In this document: piece by piece, positions 22,201-34,000 of the stretch
How the letters are laid out: each line of letters starts with the position of its first letter
Numbering within the stretch: position 1 is the first letter of the stretch
Source of the DNA: Azolla caroliniana
Taxonomy: Eukaryota > Plantae > Polypodiophyta
NCBI GenBank assembly: GCA_043228905.1
Contig: JBHGNT010000001.1
Coordinates: 8,804,001-8,868,000 of the forward strand
Direction: 5' to 3'
Length of the DNA: 64,000 nt
The notes under the pieces: model-generated
Seen by the model: only the letters and a program-made list of their open reading frames with translations
What the model was told of the DNA's origin: nothing
Databases searched by the model: none
Position numbers and translations under genes: made by a program

Positions 22201-25200
22201 TGATGAGTAGATGAATGTTTTTTCTTGGGAAACAAATGCACAGGGTTTCGATACTTACATTACACCACTTGTGCCACCCATAACTCTCCGTATCGATATG
22301 CCTATCTCGTTGACTGTTGCCGCAGCATCATTCAGAGGATAGCTGAAAATAAGAAAATTACATTGATATACTTTTTATTTATCTTAAATATTTGAAACAG
22401 TTACAATAATATTACTTACTGCTGCTTAAGATCTTCAAGGACTGCAACGGCACCTTTGCACATCTGAGAAGAACCACAAGAGAATATGTTATCACACTTG
22501 CTCAATCACTGAGGAAACTAAGTCAAAGCTTACCGTTGTTCCACAATCGCCATCCCCGACTTTACTATCCCATTCATTTAGTTCATCTTTCAGATTCACA
22601 ATTGCCTCAGCACCAGCCTGAATTGCCATCTCTAGAACTTGGCCTTGTTGGTTTAACTCTAGTGGTCGGCATGGCACCTCCAAAATAAACAATCATGCGT
22701 TATTCTAGGCTTCTCAAACTAATACTGCTTACAAGTTGGAAAAAAAAGATATAAGAACCACATGACCAGCTTATAGTAACTTTGGGGAATAAATATCAAA
22801 TGATAAAGATGCAAATTCAAGACTGTATGAATCAATGGTGAAATTTTTTATCACTCAAAACAAAATTTGAAACACACTATGCACTTTAGTGTGGTTTATG
22901 CTTCTGTTAGTATTTATTTAATATAAATCTGTGCCTGTTTTCAATGTGCACTGGTTTGGTGACTCATTTTGATTCATTTACTCTTCTTTTATTCTTACTG
23001 CTTCTTTTCCTTCATGTAGTTTCATACATTTATCTTGCACTACAAATTAAAATGTCTTTCACTCAGGTTGGCAATTGTCACTGGTCAGAATACATATGCT
23101 TTATTTAAAAATAATCACAAACATGGCTCCAAAAAGTGTAGAAAATCTGGGATTTTTAATACTACAACAGAACTCACTATACATTTCCATAATTTTCCAT
23201 CACATACCACATGAAGTGTAGATGGAGCTTCTGGTAGATCAACAGGGATTGTTGTCTGTGGTCGAGGTCCTGGTGAAGCAATTAAAGTTAAAACAAACTA
23301 TAAACATTCCATAATAAAAGTCTGAGAACCATAAGAAAGTACCATCAACACCCACTGGCCACGCTGGAGCCCTAGTTGGATGATCCAACCGTGACAGTAT
23401 TGCATCATCAACATTCAGAATAGAAAGGGAAAAACCTAGAGATATATAAACAAAAGGTAGGTGATAAATATCACATCCATCACAATCAAGGATAAAAACT
23501 GTAGCCATTCGCTGAATGCTTTTTCTCCATAAAATGAAAATCCCAAAGAGCAAAGAACGTTTACCTTTCATATCAAGTGAAGTCATAAAACTTCCTGTGT
23601 AGACTCTCTCAACAGCCAACCCATAATCTAGCTGGAGCTGTGCAACAGCTTTTCCCGCTGCAATCATTAGTTCCATGAGAGGGGTTGCCCCTAGCCTATA
23701 GTTACCACAGGAAATAAAAACATTGAGTACCTCACACAGCTTTAAAATCATTTTCAAATGAAACTACAACTTTTGTAAAGTAGCTAACAAACTCAATGTC
23801 CAAAAGTGACTGTGTTGACTTAATTTCCAACTTGGGGTTTGTTGGTTATAAAAAAAGGAAATGTGGTTAAAAAAAAGAATGTGGTGTTTGTGGTTTTCAT
23901 AAGAAGTTATCAAACACATACCCATTCACCATAAGAGCAACTCGATTCCCACGCTTTATGGATACATATTGCATCTCCTAGCAAAGACCAATACCAAACA
24001 ATCCAACATAGATTTTTGAGAAACTATGTGCCTTAAATTGGATTCTTCAATGCTCCTAGCTTCGTAGGTTCAAGTTACCGTTGAAAGAATCTGCTTCAAA
24101 ACAAGGGTCACCACAGAATCAACAGGCTGTATGTCAACGACTACAGCTCCAGGTTCTCCATGCTGCGAGGTCAATGCTACTAGATTGAGATGAAAACAAA
24201 TTTGTTCTTGAGGAAATGTGAAAGAATACAGTAACAATGTAACCATATTATACCAAGTCATAAAATGCTCAACATATAATGATAAAATAGAAACTTACTA
24301 TTCCAAGGCCAAGCTCCATTTTTCCCGAATCCAACCTATCTGATGCAACTTGACCAGGTATTGTGCAGACTGAAAGAGCAACACCCATTGTGCCAACAGA
24401 CACTGCCACTTTTGAAGCTTCTGCAGTCACCTCTGGAAGACTTAATCCTGCTGCAGCAGCGGCTCCCGCAACCTATTTCGGCCACATCAGCTCAATCATG
24501 AAATGGAGGATTTACGAAAACAAAAACGATGATGATTTCAACTGATAATCCATGCCAAAGATTGGATCAAATACTAACCTTGTGAACAAATAGAGTACCA
24601 GCAAGACCCCTGCGTCCTGCAATTCCTCTAGGTGGTAGTGCACAATCATCGCCAACTATTACCATCTACCAATATTGGTCTCCCATTAAATTAGAAAATT
24701 TGAGTGATAATAATGTGTAATATATCTGAACATAAAAGTAATGATCATTCTACCTCAACTTTAAAACCTTCTGCCTTTGCCTGTTCAGCAGCTAGACCAA
24801 AATTTAGACGATCACCAGTATAATTCTACGTGAACCCCCAAGAAAGATACCATATTAAATACCTTTGGTTACAAACACAATTGCAATTATTTCATGAATA
24901 CCAGATATTAATGTCACACCTTCACTACTAGAAGACATCCTGGAGGACCAGTAACAGCTCTAATTGCCTGCACTTTGAGTAGGACAATTATTGCCTCATA
25001 TACGCATAATATATTCATCTTATTGATAACGAAGGTGAACAACGAAAGTCTTAATGCCAACAATTTTGAAATCAACTACCAATTCATAAATAGTAAAAAT
25101 AATTGACTGATGGTTGTTGCAAATCTAAGTACTTACAGCCAAGACTGCAGTTACAGAAGGAGATGCAAAAACATCACCACAAACTGCAGCAGTGAGCATT

Positions 25201-28200
25201 CCATCCCCAATAAATCCAGCATGTGCAGGTTCATGTCCACTACCACCTCCTGGTTATTTTTTAATTCTTCATGTCCTCAATAAAATTCACTTGGAAGCAA
25301 AGCATAAAAGGTGGCAAAAAACTGTATATGAAGTGGCACATATTACATGAGTATTATACATGTAAGAGAGTGCATTCTAAAACAGTTACCTGAAACAATT
25401 GCCACCTTATCATAGGTTCCTTTACAAACATCAGCTCTAAGAACTACTTTCACCTGCAAAAATAACAGCAACTGAGACATTCTTAATACGAAAATAATGT
25501 CTGTAAACGTCTCCACTCTAGAACATATTAATGAAACCAACAATGTGCACATTACTATGAGCAGGGATGACTTGAGAACTACACAAATGGTGAATATTGG
25601 TAAGGTAGGGAATCCTCCTCCTCAGGCAACTTCACTACCGAGGAGGTTAACATCAAAATGTTACAAGGGAAGTTATTCTATGTTATTACAGATATGTTCT
25701 TCCTACTCCAATAATCAAAATCTTACCTCCCCTCATTTGGTACCAATTACCAACCTTCCATTATGCAAACACCTTTTTAATTAGCCCCTAACCGATTATT
25801 GCATCATTTATAAGGCGGTGGTATGTAATGTGCACAGATGAGGTGCATGGAAGTGATGTCTCCTTGGGAACCTTATACACACAATTTTAGAATGATAACC
25901 TAAGGTTCATGAATGTCTAGTTGGTAGCACTCGTTTGTGCATGAGCTGAAACACAAAGCTATGAGACAGCCATATAATCATCAATGATAATGGTGCTGCA
26001 ACATCAAGGTTGGTAAATTGTGGAGGGCGAGGTATATCATGCTCATGGATGTATTCTGTTGATACATCTGAACACTATTCTTTTGTTAACGTCTACAGAA
26101 CATGGCCAAGCACATACAGATTCTACTTATTGTCCATTCAGTCATGTAACGGTGCATGATTCTATGCATGTATTGTTGATAAGTCTAAACACTACTCGTT
26201 ATTTGGAAAAACTTCTATGAATCATGTAGCCAAGCACATACAGATTCCACACATTGTACTCTAGGGTGCTTTTTTTCATAGCAAAGAAAATACTTCTTTT
26301 CAGGTCTGGTTAGCATTATGAATGTTCACCGATTGAACCATTACATCACATACAGGTGACACATAGGTGGTTTGATGCCTTATTTGGAGACAGATACTGT
26401 AGATATTTTTTAAATAATATATACGTACAAAATCCAGATAATAATGTAGTTTGATGGTTTTCATGATGACTGAACATACATGCAAAATCCAGATATTTCG
26501 GTCTGTGGTGTGCATCCTTTTATAGCAGAAAAGGAGTATGTGCTTTCCTTAACCAAGCTTTTACATGAGATGATAAAGGCAATCAAATAAACTTGATGTG
26601 ACTTTATGCAATACTGTAGGTTTGTTTGAAATATTTCTTTTTTATCTAAACCTTTTATGAAAACTCTGGTCAAAATACGTACAAAAATCTTGTATATTTG
26701 TATTGTGGGGTGCATGCTTCAATAACAGAGCAATACTTTTTCGCATACCTAGCACTCTGACATTTGATCACATACAAGCACAAAATTTAATGCATTACAT
26801 CAGGAAAGTACTGTAGAAGTGTTTGCAATACAGCATTTTTTGAGGAGCTTTTATGAATCCTGTGTGGAAACACATAGAAATCCATTCAATCACATCAATG
26901 TTCAGACTTCAATGCATTAATCGGAGAAAATACTGCACATATGCATGTCCCTTTCCTGACCTTTTACCAAACCTACGGCCAAACACATACAACTTCTCAA
27001 ATATCTGTGATGCGATGCATCCTTTGACAGACTAAAAGACTTCTTTAGATTCCTGGAATTATGAATTTTATCCAACTAAGCTGCCAAATATATTTTGACG
27101 TGACTTAATGCATTTCATCTACATATGTGTAATCTGACGTGCTTCTTTTCTAGTCCAAAAGTACTTCTTTTCAAGTCTATCTGGCATGATAAATGGAACT
27201 ACAGAGAGAGAGACAGAAAGAGCGAAAGAAAGAGCAAAGGCAATATTCTTGAACTTCCAGAACGAGATGGATGGGAACTACTATATATACGTTCAGAATA
27301 TTGTATTTCTTTCCTAAATTTTAAAAAAATCCTGTCCGAACACATACAAAGTCTACATATTTGCACTGTCGCCTGCTTCTTTCCTATGAAGAAGATACTT
27401 CTTTGCAGACCTAGCTATAATTATAAACAAAATACGAGAACAAGAGAAATAATGAAAGAGGTCTAGCTAGCATTATTGCATTTCTATAAACAAATGAGGA
27501 CGACAACGTTATATAAGAGTCAGCATATTGCATTCATTTCCTAAACTTTTTAAGACTCTTGTAGTAAAACGCCAAACATATACAAAACCTGCATGTTTGC
27601 ACTTTTGTGTGTTTTCTGTCTTTGAGGAAATTGCTTCTTTTCAGGTCTAGCAAGTACTACAAATTAATGAGAGAGAGAGAGAGAGATCAAAGTACCTCTG
27701 GGAACCCATCTAGATACTGAAGATTCGGATAAGTTTCGACCATACCTTCGATGAGCTCAGTGACCACATCTACAAAAGAAACCACGTGCAGAAAGCAAGT
27801 TCAAAAGCTTTTGATGAGCAAGAGATTGAATACATCGTCTGGCGCTGTATATACAATACAGCATGTGGAAGAAAGGAATGGAAATGTAAAAGCTTGCTGA
27901 AATCAATAACGAGACGTTTCTTGTAAGGAAGAAAGTAGAGATCCTCGGAAAGAAGAATGGAAAGCTTCTTAGAAGAGAGAAAGGAGGAGAGAATGACAGC
28001 GAAAGAACGGGAAGACAAGGAGAAGCGGAGAGGCTCACCGAGGTTTACGAACAAACAAAGACTTATCATTGGGATCATTCATGACCAAAAAAAAAAAAAA
28101 AAAAAATCACTGAAAGAAAGAATGACAAATACAAAACCACCTGGACAGTGTATGACCGTATGTGGAAAAGAAGGAACAGAAAGAAATGGCAGAGAGAACT

Positions 28201-28296
28201 ACAATGACATATACGGAGAGAGACAGGGAAACGGAGGGAGGGGGGGGAGAGGGACTTACCATTGGGATCGTTGATGAGCTTCTTGACAGAGGACAT
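19221..28296 (-). CDS. DAK: Dihydroxyacetone kinase / triose kinase (Dak1+Dak2 domains), 20 coding exons, about 591 aa
   Basis: Exons, all GT-AG and phase-consistent, total 1776 nt: 28260-28296, 27696-27769, 25390-25453, 25137-25249, 24920-24967, 24754-24825, 24579-24665, 24299-24472, 24079-24162, 23922-23977, 23565-23695, 23343-23435, 23208-23269, 22534-22677, 22420-22463, 22259-22342, 20344-20417, 20142-20254, 19967-20062, 19221-19346. Motifs [71 protein letters not shown]. Confidence 0.96.
26090..27670. repeat. Degenerate ancient repeat array in DAK intron 2
   Basis: Recurring ACATACAAA..ATATTTG(C) and TACTTCTTTTCAGGTCT-like blocks. 27300-27450 aligns with 27528-27670. CCAAGCACATACAGATTC occurs at about 26106 and 26230. 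Confidence 0.65.
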
Positions 28297-28325
28297 TCCG
28301 TTAGGTGGAGATGATGATGGTATGT

Positions 28326-28329
<4 letters not shown>

Positions 28330-28361
<32 letters not shown>

Positions 28362-28565
28362 GAGAGACTGCGACAAAGACAACGCGCGGAGGGGGGAGAG
28401 GGAGCAGGTGCAGGTGCAAGTTAAAGGAGCACCATAGCTACTGACTGCAGAGGGAAACAAAAGAAAGAAGAGAGAGAGAGAGAGCAAAACAAAGATACAT
28501 AGACGAGAGAGGCGAAAAGGCGGTAGGTAGGTGAGGAAAAAATACACAAAGGGGGAAGGAACTGC

Positions 28566-28612
<47 letters not shown>

Positions 28613-29304
28613 TTTCTTATTTGATGGATGGATGGTGATGTTGTCTCATGAACCAGAAGACAAGAAAGGACTGACTGTTGGATTAGGCTTTAACTAATTA
28701 ATTAATTAAGACTTTGTGGGTAGGATAAGAAAGCGAAAAGCAGCGGATAAACGCTTACTCACCACTTAAACCATAATATATGTATATAAAATATGTATGT
28801 ACATATATAATATGTATGTATGTATATTTTCAAATGATCGGATCAGGTGTTGGGGGGGGGGGGGGGGGGGGAGGTCCTCGCACACAACAAACATGCCCTT
28901 GTGTGGCCTCCGAAAAATCCAACCTCCACGTTCTTTGTTGTTTTCTGTTCTTTCGTCTTCTTCTTCTTCTTTACGTTTCTCTATATTCCTTTTCCGTTCT
29001 CTTCCTACACCCGAGACTTTAACGAAATCGATGCCTCTCCCCTAGCTCCTTGGTATGTTTATCTCCTCTCTTGAATATTGTGTTGTATACATTATCTAGG
29101 GAGACAAAGAACGAGTGCCTTGAGAGTTATGGACCATATCACACATCGTATTCAAGTGATGGGATCGGCGATGGTTGTTTTGAAGTAAAGTCAGGAAATG
29201 TAAAGTGGAGTCTAATAACTTTACGGCTGCAATTGAACAATATATTGTACTTTATACCCCAATCATGGATCCCATCAATTGAGTACGGTGTGATATATGT
29301 AGTC

Positions 29305-29352
<48 letters not shown>

Positions 29353-29745
29353 GTAAATGTAGAATTAGTATATGGACAATTAAGACTCGTGAATAGGGGG
29401 TGGGGTGTAAGAGAACGGGGGCCAAGGTAACCCTTTGATGTTGTCGATAAGTGAATGTGAAACATGAGAGAGGTATAGGGTAAATTCAAAGTTGGGATAA
29501 GAGGGAGATAAAAAGAGAGCAATGAGTAGATGTAAAGTTGATTTATTGATGATGCAAGAATGTAGGATATGAGGTAGAAGGAAAGTTTAGAAATAGGATA
29601 AGAGAGATGGACGATGGAATAGAATGGGGGCTTCTCAATGATATCCACAACGAGTGAATGTGGCATATGACTTGAGGTATACAAGGTAAGAGGGGTGGCA
29701 TCTTGATGACGATGTTGATGAGAGAATGTAGCATATGAGGATTGA

Positions 29746-29785
<40 letters not shown>
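28330..29785. repeat. (GA)n/(CT)n microsatellites and a G20 run upstream of DAK
   Basis: (AG)n at about 28330-28358, 28567-28607, 29308-29348 and 29749-29782; G20 at 28852-28871. Confidence 0.9.
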
Positions 29786-29787
<2 letters not shown>

Positions 29788-30366
29788 TGTCTCGATGTTG
29801 TTTTAACAAGGAGTAAGTGTAGCCTATGACACTCGGGATAATAGAGAGAAAATGAGAGGGTATGAAATGCATGAAAGAGGAAGGTGTATCGATGATGTTG
29901 TTGACGAGGGAATGTAACATATAAGAAAAAGAACAATATGTGGATGAGAAGTTTGAGATACATCATTAAATGTATTTTATTATCATTCTTGGCATTTAAA
30001 TATGACATATTAGACAAACGTGAAACATTTCCGGTGTGTGTGCTTGGAATTGGTTTGTAGCTCTCAAATTTCAAGGGTCTTAATAATGGATGTTTCCCAT
30101 GAAACATTGTTAGTGATAGTGGCCACACTTTCTTGTGGATTTCTAGAAGCTGCTCTTTAAGCTTTTGAATACACGCAACACATTCATTAACTTTTCGATT
30201 GGAAAAAATGAGCAAGCAAAAAGTGCTAATTGAACATTTGAATTGTATGATAAATAGTTGAGCTTCCTTATAATAACTTGGTTTAGGACCTTATTAGCCT
30301 AATATTATTCATTCTCAATCATTTCAAGCATCTACATTGGTCCTTGACTATTATAAATCTTAGTAA

Positions 30367-30690
30367 CAATCGGCAACGGTTCGGTTTGAGAGTGTCAAAA
30401 CCGAACAATTTAAAAATTTTGAAACTTGAACTGAAACACGAGAACGTTAAATTGAACTGTTTAAAAAAATTAAAACCGTTAAACTTGCGGTTTTGTGGTT
30501 CGGTCAATTTTCAAAATTTTAAAGATTTTCCTAAAATGTGAGAATAAAGCTTGAAAATGAAAAGATTGTTTAAAAAAATAAAAACCATTTAAACCGCAGT
30601 TTCTAACTATTGAAACTGAACTGAACCGTTAAAACTGTTAAGTCGCGGTTTCTCGATTCGATTCGATTCAAACTGAACCATTGCCAACTA
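30367..30690. mobile_element. MITE-like non-autonomous DNA transposon
   Basis: Imperfect terminal inverted repeats GGCAACGGTTCGGTTT / AAACTGAACCATTGCC and many internal AACCG/CGGTT motifs in AT-rich sequence. No clear TSD. Confidence 0.65.
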
Positions 30691-31074
30691 TTAAACCTTA
30701 GTGCTAGTGATCTTTGATCACAACTCTGACAACATCTTCGTTGAGTCTCTAATTATGTCGTTACAATGCTTCACACTTCCCCGAGTTAGTGATCTTATAT
30801 GGGTTCTTCAATGGGATTTCCCCATAATGTATCCCTACAACAACGTTAATTGTCATCACCTTTATGCATATCACAATATATCATCACCCAACTTCCAAGT
30901 TGAATATATACTCCAAATATTTCATGTAGAATGTTCGACTACATCATAATGCCAGTTTATCACATACATTAGCTAAGAAAGAGTTGGGTCCACATCATGT
31001 TGAATGGTTGGACATTGGTTCACAACAATTGTGACCTATATTGTTGAATTTCCCCACTTACTTTGTGTCTGTCG

Positions 31075-34000
31075 TGTTGGAATTACGGTCCCTTCGGATG
31101 GGATGGTCGGATGTCGGAGATGAATGCCGACGAGCCCGTTTTCGGTTTCGGATCCGGATGACGAAGACCCCGGCTTCGGTGCCGGATGACGAATGTACCC
31201 GGAGAGCGATCCGGATGCAGGGACATATCCGTGAATATGTTCGCTATGGGCCCCTAAGGCTATAGTTGTAAATAGCCCAAAGTCATATAAGTATAAATAT
31301 GACTTAGGGCAAATAGTTTTGCTGTTGCTACTCATTTTTCTGTTTTTCCACTCAAGAGGAGTGAAGAGAGAGCAGCCGTGAGAGAGAGAGAGAGAGATAG
31401 AGCGCGAGAGAGAGGAAGAGGTAGACGCCTCTGTGTATTTCCGCCGCCTGTGGCGAGGATAGCGAGCTCAAGGTCGTCGCCTTGCAGCTCGCCATTGTAT
31501 ACTTCTCTGTATAGTGTTGGTTTGGAGTCTTGTACTCCCGTGGTTTTTCCCGTCTAGGGTTTTCCACGTTAATCCCTGTGTGCTCGCGTTTTGTTTCTCT
31601 GTGTGGTTCCTATTTTCTGCTCCATTGATTCGCGCTTACTGTGGTTGTGGCCGAGTGGTGAAGGTGAATAGAAGCGTCTATTCCTTTCAAACTGGTATCA
31701 GAGCGAACTGCTGCAGAAAATGGAAGGCGGCGGCAGCGGGCAGCCGGGGATGATGGTGCTGACTGCGCAGAACTACGCCGACTGGAAGATCAAGATGGAA
31801 GATCTTCTGATTGTTCGGGACCTGTACGAACCGATTGACAGGTCGGAAATACCGAAAGGGGTACTTGAGTCGGAATGGAGGCTTCTGAACCGGAAAGCCG
31901 TTGCAACCATTCGGCAATACGTCGACGTGAGCGTCCTACAACATGTGGCAAACGACACCAACGCATATGAGATGTGGAAGAAGCTGTCGGGCCTCTACGA
32001 GAGGAAGAATGCGTTGAATCGGACCTCCCTGATGAGGAAGATAGTGAATCTCAAGTACCGGGACGGCGAGAGTATGGTGGAACACGTAAGCACGTTCATG
32101 GGATTCGTGAATCAGCTTGCGGCGATCAAGTTCCCGTTGGAGGATGCAATGCAAGCCATCATCCTGATGTGTACATTGCCGGAAAGCTGGGAGAACTTGG
32201 TGGTGACTCTCAGCACCTCCTGCACAGAAGATAACTTGTCCTTACAAACGGTAAAGACAAGTATTTTGAACGAAGAAGCGCGTCGGAGAGATAAAGAACC
32301 GGCCTCCGACTCGAAGGCGCTGCTTACCGAATCGGATCGGGGAAGACAATGGAACCGGAGTCCGCAAAGACGGGAGAAGTCGGGGACCCGGTCGCAGTCA
32401 AGAGGAAGGCCCACATGCTTCCACTGTGGGAAGCCGGGGCACTTCCGAAAGAATTGTCGGCATTACCGAAAAGACAACGGAGCCGACGACACCGATTCGA
32501 AGAAGTCACCGGAGAGAAACGGTGCATACCGGGGAGCCACGGACCGGAGAGGTTCGGATCGGCGAGGGCAGGACCGGAAAGGAACAACGGCACTCGCGGC
32601 AAGTGAGGAAGAAATCATGCTCATCACCGAAGAAAGTGAAGTAAACATTGCCGGCGATGAGACGACCTGGGTGGTCGATTCCGGAGCATCGTTCCACCTG
32701 ACCCCGGAGAGAAGATACTTCTCATCCTACACAGCCGGTGAGCATGGCTGTGTTCGGATGGGAAATGAAGGTACGTGCCGGATTGCCGGCATCGGAGACG
32801 TGTGGTTGACAACCCCGACCGGATGCAAAATGCTGCTGAAGGATGTCCGACACGTTCCGGAGGTTCGATTGAACCTGATTTCGGCCGGAAGGCTAGACGA
32901 TGAAGGCTACACAGGTAGCATCCGGAACGGCGTAATGAAGTTCAGCAAGGGGAGCCTAATAGTGGCTCGGGCCCGGAAAGACAACACACTGTACCTGATG
33001 AATGCCCGGTTATGTCCGGAAGAGCTTAATGTGGCAACCGACACTGCCGGTGAGCTGTGGCACAAAAGACTGTGCCACATGAGTGAGAAGGGGATGAAGA
33101 GGCTTGCAGAAGACAACCTTATTCCAGTGAAGCATGTGCACCTGGAGAAGTGCACCGATTGCCTGGCCGGTAAACAGAACCGAACCTCCTTCCACTCAAG
33201 GCCACCGACGAGACGTAGCGCACCATTGGAGTTGGTGCACACTGATGTGTGTCAGGTAGAAACGAAGTCACATGGCGGAGCCCAGTACTTCGTAACATTC
33301 ATTGATGATCACAGCTGGAAGCTGTGGACGGCACCGTTGAAGACAAAGGACCAAGTGTTGTGCGTTTTCAAAGAACTCCACGCGAGAGTGGAAAGGGAAT
33401 CCGGCAAGAAGCTGAAAGCGATACGAGCGGATAACGGAGGGGAATACCGGGGGCAGTTCGCGGAGTACTGTCGCTCGAAGGGAATCCGGCTCGAGTTTAC
33501 TGTGCCGAAGACGCCGGAACTGAACGGGTTGGCCGAGAGGATGAACCGGACCATAATGGAGAGGGTCCGGAGTATGCTGGCGCATGCGAAATTACCCAAG
33601 GGGTTTTGGGCTGAGGCAATGTCGACGGCGACATATGTGATAAACCGATCACCCTCAGTACCTTTGGACGGAGACACGCCGCAGAGAGTGTGGACCGGTA
33701 GGGAAATATCTTACCGGCATCTGAAGGTGTTCGGGTGTCTCGCATACGTGCACGTGGCAAAGGACCGGAGAGGAAAGCTAGATCCAAAGACCCGGCCATG
33801 CATATTCCTCGGTTACGGCGACGACGAGTTCGGCTACCGAGTATGGGACCCGGTCGACAAGAAGATATTCAGGAGTCGAGACATCATCTTCATGGAGGAC
33901 AAGACACTCGCCGACTGGGAGTCGGAGAAGAAGATGAAGAGCTCCAAGTCGACCGGTGAGGATCAACTCTACGAGGAGCAGTCCCGACCGGCAAGGGACC

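Noticed and set aside
29139-30215. 358-aa minus-strand ORF
   Set aside because: It runs through (CT)n microsatellites (LSLSLS), has a non-ATG start and shows no recognisable domain; a chance ORF.
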